Shown in pieces: positions 56,503 to 64,000 of a stretch of DNA of 64,000 nt. The translations under genes were made by a program, and so were the position numbers. The stretch is from a virus (Duplodnaviria > Caudoviricetes), in the IMG/VR virus record IMGVR_UViG_2522572099_000001, positions 1-64,000 of that record; one strand, 5' to 3'. The first letter of the stretch is position 1; each line of letters begins with the position of its first letter. The notes beneath the pieces are model-generated. The model ran no database searches, was not told the origin of the DNA, and was given only the letters and a program-made list of their open reading frames with translations.

Positions 56503-56907
56503 ATGTCGGTGGATTGGAAAGGCGATGCCGTCATTGCCAAGGTGCGCGCCGCTGCGATGAAGGGCGTCATTCGCGGAACGCTCGCCGTGCATGAGGAGGC
56601 TACCAAGCTGATCCTCGACACGCCGAAGACCGGGCGCGTCTACCGTCGTCGCGGCGTCGAGCATCAGGCCTCGGCGCCGGGCGAGCCCTTCGCCAGCGAT
56701 ACCGGCGCCACGATCCAATCAGGCCGCACCGAGTTCAACCCGGCCGACCTCAGCGGCACGGTGCGCTGGTCGACCAAGCAGGCGGCTTCGCTCGAGTTCG
56801 GCAATGAGAACATGGCGCCTCGCCCCTATGCCAGGCCAGCGCTCGCCAATCAAAAGGACGCGATCGAGGCCGATATTCAGGGCCAAGTCCGGAACGCACT
56901 GAAATGA
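56503..56907 (+). CDS. HK97 gp10-like tail completion protein
   Basis: ASAPGEP..DTG..LEFG..MAPRPY.RPA motifs. Confidence 0.88.
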   Translation: MSVDWKGDAVIAKVRAAAMKGVIRGTLAVHEEATKLILDTPKTGRVYRRRGVEHQASAPGEPFASDTGATIQSGRTEFNPADLSGTVRWSTKQAASLEFGNENMAPRPYARPALANQKDAIEADIQGQVRNALK

Positions 56908-57350
56908 TCGCGCCAACGCTCGAAATCCTGGCGCCGATCCGCACCGCCATCGTCAACGCCTCCGACATCGTCGGGCTGCTCGGGCTGTTCAAAAGCGACC
57001 CCTCGGTCCACACGCGGCGCCCGATCCCGGCCGAGGCGAAGTATCCGGCTGTGGTTGTCGGCCCGCTGGTGACGCGCCGCAACAGCGACGGCATCAATGA
57101 TTTTCGCCCCATGCCGATGGTCGACATCGACATCTATGGCGAGCAGGACAAGCAGTATCGCGACGTCGAGATGGCGGCCGAGATGATCTATTCGCTGTTC
57201 CACCGCCAGCGCCGCGCCATCACCGTCACCAACTACAGCGTCACGCAGATCCTGGCCGAGGGCCCGTTCCCAGCCCCGGTCGACGATGCCAGCCGCATTG
57301 GCCGGCGCGTCTCGCTGGCGATCAGCCTCTACGCCAAGCCGGCTGAATAG
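56904..57350 (+). CDS. Tail terminator (DUF3168-like)
   Basis: Position; YP.VVVG..IDIYG pattern. Confidence 0.75.
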   Translation: MIAPTLEILAPIRTAIVNASDIVGLLGLFKSDPSVHTRRPIPAEAKYPAVVVGPLVTRRNSDGINDFRPMPMVDIDIYGEQDKQYRDVEMAAEMIYSLFHRQRRAITVTNYSVTQILAEGPFPAPVDDASRIGRRVSLAISLYAKPAE

Positions 57351-57370
57351 CAGGCATCACATCCCATCTA

Positions 57371-57459
57371 GCGGGCGGTGCCCGCAACCATCATCCGCAG
57401 CGTCGGTGACCCTGCTGATTTCACCCTCATGAAACCAGCCAATTCAAAGGAGACCCCTC
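57371..57459 (+). repeat. Late-gene leader motif, copy 2
   Basis: Homologous to 47658-47746. Confidence 0.8.
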
Positions 57460-57960
57460 ATGGCCGGAACCGACCTATATCCCGTCGCTGGAAGCAAGAT
57501 CTACATCGGTGAAGTGCTGGCAACGCAGATCGACGATTTCGTCGAGGCCGACTTCATCACCAGTCCCGACCAGTTCGTCGAGATCGACGGCTGGAGCCAG
57601 ATGGGCGTGTTCGGCGATACCGCCGCGCTGATCTCGACGCAGCTCATCAACCGCGGTCGCGACGTCAAGCAGAAGGGCACGGCCAATGCCGGCTCGATGC
57701 AGAACGTGTTCGCCGAGATTGCCGCCGATGCGGGGCAGATCGCGCTGATTGCCGCCTCTGCCGGTGCCAACAAGTCGAACTATGCCTTCAAGATCGAGTT
57801 CAACGATGCCAGCGGCGCCAGCGGCAGCGTTCCCTCCAAGGCCTATTTCGCTGGCCTCGTCATGAATGCCAGCCCCGCCGGCGGCCAGGCCAACACCGTG
57901 CGCAATCTCAACAGCACGATCGAAATTAACTCGAACGTCGTTCGGACGGCGGCCACCTGA
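57460..57960 (+). CDS. Major tail tube protein
   Basis: AGSKIYIG..KQKGTANAG..DAGQ..YF.GLV motifs. Confidence 0.85.
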   Translation: MAGTDLYPVAGSKIYIGEVLATQIDDFVEADFITSPDQFVEIDGWSQMGVFGDTAALISTQLINRGRDVKQKGTANAGSMQNVFAEIAADAGQIALIAASAGANKSNYAFKIEFNDASGASGSVPSKAYFAGLVMNASPAGGQANTVRNLNSTIEINSNVVRTAAT

Positions 57961-58000
57961 TTTCCAGCGTTTCACAGCAACAGCCCAGGAGTAGTCTCTG

Positions 58001-58462
58001 ATGGATTTGAGTAATTTCAAGCGTGACAGCAAGACGGTCGAAGGCGGCAAATGGGTCGACGACATTCCTGGGCTGGGCGATCTCCGGCTCCGGGTGCGCG
58101 GCCTGTCGTCTCCGACCGTCGTTGCGCTGCGTGCGCGCAAACTGCGCAACGTCTCGAAGGGCGACCGCGAACGCGATGGCTCGATCAAGACCGACGTCGA
58201 CATGCGTATCTGGGGCGAAGTGCTGCACGAAGCCGTGCTGCTCGAATGGGACTGCCTGACCGACGGCGGCAAGGTCATCCCGTTCGACTCCGCGCAGGCC
58301 AGGCTATGGCTCACCGATCCCGACTACCTGCCCTTCAACGATGCCGTGGTGTGGGCAGCCAACTTTGTCGACCGCGCCACGGCGGCAGACCAGGGCGGGC
58401 TGGAAAAAAACTCCAGGCCGCCGTCCTCTGGCAGCTCGAGCACGGCGACCAAGAGGACATAA
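58001..58462 (+). CDS. Tail assembly chaperone (G)
   Basis: Position; ends just past the EKN slippery site. Confidence 0.85.
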   Translation: MDLSNFKRDSKTVEGGKWVDDIPGLGDLRLRVRGLSSPTVVALRARKLRNVSKGDRERDGSIKTDVDMRIWGEVLHEAVLLEWDCLTDGGKVIPFDSAQARLWLTDPDYLPFNDAVVWAANFVDRATAADQGGLEKNSRPPSSGSSSTATKRT

Positions 58463-58863
58463 TCGACCGCCCGGACCTGCTTCCGGGCGGCAATGAGTTT
58501 CTGGACGCGTTCTGGGAATTGGGCAGCGAACGCCACTTCGCGACAAGCAGCGCGATTTTCATGCGCGATGGCAAGATGTATACGCGCCGCGACATGACGG
58601 TCGGCCAGATCCCAACGTCAGCGATCGACCGATGGGTCGACAGGCACGGCTACGACGACGAGGACGAGACGGCATCGTTCCGTGGCGCCATCCGCGCCAT
58701 GGATCGGGTCTATCGCCAATGGGTAAACCGGGAGCCTGGGGAGACCGGCACGCCAGGCGCTCCGGCTCCCAACGTTTCGAGTCGGCCGCTGTCGCCGGCG
58801 CTGTTCGACGCCATCGTCACCCCGAACATGAAGCAGGAACGGGCTGCGAAAGGGACGGCTTAG
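58405..58863 (+). CDS. -1 frameshift extension (GT-like) from A-AAA-AAC at 58405-58411
   Basis: X-XXY-YYZ heptamer; -1 frame open to 58863 with AFWELGSER..IRAMDR motif. Confidence 0.8.
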   Translation, partial: KKLQAAVLWQLEHGDQEDIIDRPDLLPGGNEFLDAFWELGSERHFATSSAIFMRDGKMYTRRDMTVGQIPTSAIDRWVDRHGYDDEDETASFRGAIRAMDRVYRQWVNREPGETGTPGAPAPNVSSRPLSPALFDAIVTPNMKQERAAKGTA

Positions 58864-59189
58864 TCGCCGTCCCTCTCCAGCAACAGCCTGATCTTGTCGA
58901 ACGCCTTGTTGCCGGCCCCCATGCATGCGCCGTTGAGGCAGAGCTGCACCAGCTTCATCTGCCCGTCGAACGTGCAGTCAGACCAGTATTCGGCGCCATT
59001 GCCAGGATCGTAGGACACCCGCGCTTCGGGCGGGCTCATCTGCGAAAAATCCTGCACGGCGATCGGCACCAGGCTGTTCTTGAGATAGGCGAACGCCGAG
59101 GCGTGCAGGCATATCTCGGACGCTTTTCCGGTGCCGGCCGTGGCCTGGCCGGCGAACAGCATCATCACAAAAACCAGAAATCCCCGCAT
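58860..59189 (-). CDS. Secreted moron-like protein
   Basis: Signal peptide ending ATA; 4 Cys; antisense before the tape measure gene. Confidence 0.65.
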   Translation of the reverse strand: MRGFLVFVMMLFAGQATAGTGKASEICLHASAFAYLKNSLVPIAVQDFSQMSPPEARVSYDPGNGAEYWSDCTFDGQMKLVQLCLNGACMGAGNKAFDKIRLLLERDGD

Positions 59190-59248
59190 CGTCGCTCCCC
59201 CATTTTGGGCGGGGACGATAGCGCACGCTCCCTTGCGAGGCAAATTCC

Positions 59249-62200
59249 ATGGACATTTCCGGTCTTGTCGGCAGTGTCGCGGTGGAAGTCCGTGCCGATT
59301 TGCGGCCTCTGGAAAAGGGCTTTGACGAAGGCAGGGGAAAGGCGACGCTGTTCGATCGCCAGGTCTCCGGCAGCTTCCGCAACATGGGCCAGGAGGCCAC
59401 CAACGCTGGCCGCGTCATCGAAGGCTCGTCCATGCGCGCCATGGCGTCGACCGATGCGCTTGGCCGCTCGATCACCACTGCCGGCTCGGCATATCGCGGC
59501 CTGATCGCCATTGCCGGTGCTGCCGGTCTTGCGCTCGGCACGGCCTTCGCCTTCGCGCAATTTGTCCGCAACACCGTCGATTCCGAGAAGGCGCAGACGC
59601 AGTTGGGCGCCGCACTTCGCTCGACCGGCAATGTCGCCGGACAGTCTGTCGAGGGGCTCAACGCGCACGCCGCGGCGTTGCAGAGGATCACGGCCTACGA
59701 AGACGACGCCGTCACCTCGTCGCAGGCGCTGCTGTTGACCTTCACCAAGATCCGCGGCGACACCTTCAACCAGGCGACCGATGCGATCCTCGACATGGCG
59801 ACCGCCATGAAGCAGGACCTCCAGGGCGCCACGATCATGGTCGGCAAGGCGCTCAACGATCCGGTCCTGGGCGTCACCGCGCTCGGCCGCGCCGGCGTCC
59901 AGTTCACGGCCTCGCAGAAAGAGGTCATCAAGACCATGGTCGAGACCGGCAACGTGGCCGGTGCGCAAAAGCTCATCCTCAAGGAACTGGAAAACCAGTT
60001 CGGCGGTTCGGCCAAGGCCGCGCGCGAGACGCTGGGCGGCGCGCTCGATGCGCTCGGCAACGCCTGGGGCAATCTGTTCGAACTCGGCAAGGGCTCGACC
60101 GATCCGTTCCGCATGTCGATCGAGGAACTCATCGTCACCATCAACAACCCGGCCTTCCAGCAGTTCGTGCAGCTGGTCGGCACGAAACTGTTCGAGGCGC
60201 TGACGGCTGCCGTCAACATCGCGACCATCCTTGCCAACCATCTCGACTCGCTCGGCACGGCGGTCGAACTGCTCATCGGCTACAAGCTCGCCGCCTGGGC
60301 CGTGGCCGGCGCCGAGGCGCTATATGGCCTGTCGGTGGCCACCGTTGCCGCCGAAGGGTCGATGGGGCTCCTGGCGATCGCATCGGGCACAGCTGGCGCG
60401 ATCGTCGGCGCCATCAGCTGGCCAGTGGTCGCAATCGCGGCGGTCGGTTTCGGCGTCTACAAGCTCTACCAGAGTTACAAGTCCGCCGCCGAGACGGCAG
60501 CGCTCTACGCCGAGCAGCAGAAGATCGTCAACGAGGCCATGGGCCAGTCGATCGATCCGACGGCCAAGGCGACCTCAGCGGCGCTGGCAAAGGCGCAGGC
60601 CGATTTCGCGGCCGCCGACGCGATGCTGCAGCGCGCTGAGGCCGAACTCGAATATCGCAAGGTTTTGCAGGAGAGCGTGCCATCGCTGCCTGGCGCGCCG
60701 GATCCGCTCGCCGGTGCCACGTCCCGGCTGGCCGAGGCGCGCAAGAATTTCGACAGCCTTGGCCGCACTTTGCAGGCGCTCAACATCCAGGGCGCCGCTG
60801 AAATGAAGGCGGCTGGCACCGCCGGCAGTGCCGCGATCTCGTCGGCGACCTCGCTGTTCAATCTTGCCAAGGCGGCTTTTGGCGATGTTGCTGATGGCAC
60901 GCCCAAGATCGGCCAGGCAGCCGGTGGCATGATCGGCGACGTCAAGGGTGCCGCGGTCGCGGCGCTGTCGGCGGCGGAAACGGCGCGGCGGGCGAACGAG
61001 GCCAACCTTGAAAGCCTGCTTGGCTACAAGGCCGAACTGCGCAGCACCACGACCGAGCTCGAGGCTTGGAAGCGGGCGATCAGCGGCGCCACCTCGTCCG
61101 GCTCGATCACCGATTTCTTCGGCGATGTCTCCGACATCAAGGGCGCGGATGCGGCGATCCGCTCGGCCGGCGGCACGATCGAAAAGCTGTTCGATGCGTT
61201 TCGCTCCGGCGACAAGTCGACGCGAGCCGTTGCCGACGGCATCGACGAGGTGCGCAAGACCCTGCTCCAGGGCGGCCTTGGCGTCGATGCGGTCAACCAT
61301 TTCATCGACGCTCTTGTGATGGCGGAGCAGCAGGTCGCCAATCTCGGCGCGCGCTCGAAGGACCTCGACGCCACCATCCAGGCAATGCGTGACAAGACCA
61401 TCCTGATTACCACGGTTTACCAGACGTCGGGCGGGCCGATCAGCGTCCAGCGGCCCTACAGCGGACCGGGCGGCCTTTCGACCAACCCGGTGGCAAAGAT
61501 CGGCGGCATGGACCCGTCTCCGTTTAGCGGAACCGGCTCGTCCAGCGGCAGCGCTATCCCCACCGCCAATCTCATCCATGTTGCCGATTATATCTCCGGC
61601 ACCCGCGCGGCTGGCGGTCCTGTCGATGCCGGGTCCAGCTATCTCGTCGGCGAAAAAGGCCCCGAGATCGTCACCATGTCTGGCGCCGGCAATGTCTCGA
61701 CGGCTTCGGCGACGTCGAACATCCTGACCGGCGGCGCCTCGGTTCTGAAATCGATCGAGGAAAACACGTTTCAGACGGTCGAGGAGGTCAAGCGCTCGGT
61801 CGGCTATCTCGAGACGATGGAGAAGGATGGCCAGACTGGTCTTTCGCTGCTGCGCGCCATCAAGTCGGTGATCGGTTCGTCGTCGATCAACACCGCGTCG
61901 AGCGGTGGCGGGTCATCTTCCGGCTTCTCCTCTGGCGGTGGTTCGTCCGGTAGCGGTTCGACCGCCTACAGTTCCAACGATCCGAAATCGCCTTACTACT
62001 TCCGCAACAATGCCGGTCGTGGTCCGAGCGGGCCGGTCTTTGACCCACTGGCCGACTATCTGCTCAATGGCAACAAGGCCATGCTCGGCGCGGTTGGGCA
62101 GCGCTTGGCCGGCTCGCCCAGCAACGTCGATATCGGCTACGATCTCATCGGTGGCGGCGGCAGCCAGACATGGCGACAGGATTTTCTTGCGCAACTCGCC

Positions 62201-62611
62201 AGGTCCGGGCCGCAGACCGGGTCTTATGGCGGCGGCACCAACATTTCCGCCGACAGCGATTTCATTAGCGGCGCCAACAGTTTCAGCGGCGGCTTCACCG
62301 GACCTGGACCAAATACCAGGATGAGGCCGGGCTTCGCCACCGGTGGCGGGATCCATCCCGGCGATACCCAGAAGGTGGAAGCATGGAAGCGGCCCGACGA
62401 GGCGGTCGGCTTCTTCCGTCCCGAGCAGATGAAAGCCGTGCGCGACGCAATCGACGGCGCGCCGGACGGCGGCGGCGTCTCCAAAACCCTGCACCTGGGC
62501 GGCATTCACCTCCACTTCCCGGCCGGCAGCCAGCCCCTGTCCAAGCCGTCGCAGATGGAAATCTCCGATCGCCTGCGCCGCGCCGTGCGCGAAGAACTCG
62601 GGAAGCTCTAA
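59249..62611 (+). CDS. Tape measure protein
   Basis: 1120 aa, Ala-rich; GKALNDP and RAAGGPV..VGEKGPE motifs. Confidence 0.93.
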   Translation: MDISGLVGSVAVEVRADLRPLEKGFDEGRGKATLFDRQVSGSFRNMGQEATNAGRVIEGSSMRAMASTDALGRSITTAGSAYRGLIAIAGAAGLALGTAFAFAQFVRNTVDSEKAQTQLGAALRSTGNVAGQSVEGLNAHAAALQRITAYEDDAVTSSQALLLTFTKIRGDTFNQATDAILDMATAMKQDLQGATIMVGKALNDPVLGVTALGRAGVQFTASQKEVIKTMVETGNVAGAQKLILKELENQFGGSAKAARETLGGALDALGNAWGNLFELGKGSTDPFRMSIEELIVTINNPAFQQFVQLVGTKLFEALTAAVNIATILANHLDSLGTAVELLIGYKLAAWAVAGAEALYGLSVATVAAEGSMGLLAIASGTAGAIVGAISWPVVAIAAVGFGVYKLYQSYKSAAETAALYAEQQKIVNEAMGQSIDPTAKATSAALAKAQADFAAADAMLQRAEAELEYRKVLQESVPSLPGAPDPLAGATSRLAEARKNFDSLGRTLQALNIQGAAEMKAAGTAGSAAISSATSLFNLAKAAFGDVADGTPKIGQAAGGMIGDVKGAAVAALSAAETARRANEANLESLLGYKAELRSTTTELEAWKRAISGATSSGSITDFFGDVSDIKGADAAIRSAGGTIEKLFDAFRSGDKSTRAVADGIDEVRKTLLQGGLGVDAVNHFIDALVMAEQQVANLGARSKDLDATIQAMRDKTILITTVYQTSGGPISVQRPYSGPGGLSTNPVAKIGGMDPSPFSGTGSSSGSAIPTANLIHVADYISGTRAAGGPVDAGSSYLVGEKGPEIVTMSGAGNVSTASATSNILTGGASVLKSIEENTFQTVEEVKRSVGYLETMEKDGQTGLSLLRAIKSVIGSSSINTASSGGGSSSGFSSGGGSSGSGSTAYSSNDPKSPYYFRNNAGRGPSGPVFDPLADYLLNGNKAMLGAVGQRLAGSPSNVDIGYDLIGGGGSQTWRQDFLAQLARSGPQTGSYGGGTNISADSDFISGANSFSGGFTGPGPNTRMRPGFATGGGIHPGDTQKVEAWKRPDEAVGFFRPEQMKAVRDAIDGAPDGGGVSKTLHLGGIHLHFPAGSQPLSKPSQMEISDRLRRAVREELGKL

Positions 62612-63213
62612 TGGTCGATCTCATCGTCCTCGACGAAAACGTCGCGCGCGGTTTCCGCTCGACGGCCGGCGGCTGGAACACGTCCATCGTCGATGGCGGT
62701 GGCGGCGCCGAGTATCGCAACCAGCGATGGGCGCTGCCGCGCCGCCGCTTCGAGTTTTCCTATACCGATCGGGAGCAGTCCGAAATCCTCGCCCTCATGG
62801 CCTTCGTCGACGATCGCCGCGGCAGGCTGCATGCCTGGCTCTTGAAAGACTGGCTCAACTACAAGCTCACCGACGAACTCATCCTCACCGCGGTCGGCGG
62901 CGAAACCACGGCCCAGATCAAGCAGACATGGGGGCCGAACAACGCCCTGTCTCTCAGCCGCAAATACCTGAAGTCCGGTACCCTTGTCGTGAAGCTGAAC
63001 GATGTCGCGCTGACGCTCACCAGCGAATATACGGTCAGCTCTGCCGGCCTGATCACCTTCGTTTCGCCGGCCGCCCTGAGCGCCGCCGATGCCGTCACGG
63101 TGAGCTGCGAATTCTATTACAAGGTCCGGTTCGAGGCCGACGAATACAATCCCTCGCTCGGCAATGGCGATCTTGCCAGCTTCGACAACGTCTCCGCGAT
63201 CGAGACCCGCTGA
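62611..63213 (+). CDS. DUF2460 distal tail protein (GTA-like)
   Basis: GG.EYRNQRW..RRG...W..KDW..F..VRF motifs. Confidence 0.85.
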   Translation: MVDLIVLDENVARGFRSTAGGWNTSIVDGGGGAEYRNQRWALPRRRFEFSYTDREQSEILALMAFVDDRRGRLHAWLLKDWLNYKLTDELILTAVGGETTAQIKQTWGPNNALSLSRKYLKSGTLVVKLNDVALTLTSEYTVSSAGLITFVSPAALSAADAVTVSCEFYYKVRFEADEYNPSLGNGDLASFDNVSAIETR

Positions 63214-64000
63214 TGCGCGCCTTCTCGACCGACTTCAAGGCCGGCACGGCAGGCGACGAGACGTATCTGGGCTTCCTGCTCGCCGTTACCCCTGTTGGCC
63301 TTCCTGAGCTCTTCCTGTCGACGATCTGGGCCGACTACACCTATGCCGGCGACGTCTATCTCGGCGATCCCGGTTTCAAGATGAGCCAGATGCGGGTGAC
63401 TGATGGGTCCGACCCGGCAGCACTTTCCGTCGAGATCCCGGTTTCCCCAGATGGTCCGGTAACGCCAGACGACGTCACCAAGGGGCTCTATGTCGGGGCG
63501 GCCGTCGTGCTGCGCGGCGTGACTTTTGAAAGCGGCTTCGTCACGCCGCCTTTCGGTTTCGAATGGTCGATCGGCAAGACCACGATCACCGATGACGGCA
63601 AGGCGACCTTCGACATCCGGTCCGACATTCGCATCAACCGCGAGCTAGTGTTGAAGATTTTTGGCGTCCCGTGTTCCACGAAGCTTGGCACCGCGCGCTG
63701 CGGCGTCAACGTGCTTGCCGACTGGACCGACGAGGTGACGATCGTCGACGTCATCGATGCCTATTCCTTCACCGTCTCCGGCGCGCGTCTCGGCGCCGTC
63801 GATGGCTTCTTCGCCGAGGGCGCCATCAAGTTCACGTCGGGCGACAATGTCGGCCGCTCCTACGAGGTTCGCTTGTGGGATCAGTCTTCGGCCCTGGTCA
63901 CGCTGTGGAGGCCATTGCAGGCCGGGCTGCAAGCCGGAGACGTTTCACTGATCCATGCCGGCTGCGACCTGACCAACGGTCCGGGGGGATGCACAAAATT
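63213..64000 (+). CDS. DUF2163/BR0599 tail hub protein (truncated by the window)
   Basis: ATG at 63213; C...LG..RCG, GD.F....GCD pattern. Confidence 0.8.
   Translation, partial: MRAFSTDFKAGTAGDETYLGFLLAVTPVGLPELFLSTIWADYTYAGDVYLGDPGFKMSQMRVTDGSDPAALSVEIPVSPDGPVTPDDVTKGLYVGAAVVLRGVTFESGFVTPPFGFEWSIGKTTITDDGKATFDIRSDIRINRELVLKIFGVPCSTKLGTARCGVNVLADWTDEVTIVDVIDAYSFTVSGARLGAVDGFFAEGAIKFTSGDNVGRSYEVRLWDQSSALVTLWRPLQAGLQAGDVSLIHAGCDLTNGPGGCTK

Overview
The window is the left ~64 kb of a GC-rich temperate siphovirus prophage, probably from a Rhizobiales host (MucR/Ros gene, GTA-like DUF2460/DUF2163 tail genes, rhizobial-type tRNA-Thr). It starts in the 5' half of tRNA-Thr(GGT), the putative att site. 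It then runs through integrase/xis, a long leftward early region, a CI/Cro switch, replication, a second leftward block of short operons, a DNA-modification pair, terminase/portal, a four-enzyme modification cluster, a tRNA-like RNA cluster, head genes and tail genes. It is cut in the tail hub gene, so no lysis genes or second att are visible. The most interesting signals are non-coding. (1) A 17-bp palindromic operator, GTAACC-N5-GGTTAC, occurs about 16 times genome-wide, mostly on predicted promoters. (2) An 11-nt start-associated sequence, TACCACGGAGA, precedes 8 leftward genes. A hairpin in the parB 3' UTR has a loop exactly antisense to it, suggesting an sRNA-controlled translational regulon. 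(3) A non-canonical tRNA-Gly(TCC) keeps the GlyRS identity elements but has lost the elbow residues, in a phage that also has a Dam-like/Mom-GNAT-like fusion. (4) An aminotransferase, methyltransferase, radical SAM and double sialyltransferase-like cluster sits inside the head module. (5) A duplicated C-GGT-G hairpin leader precedes the capsid and tail-tube genes. All protein calls are by motif recognition only; no searches were run.
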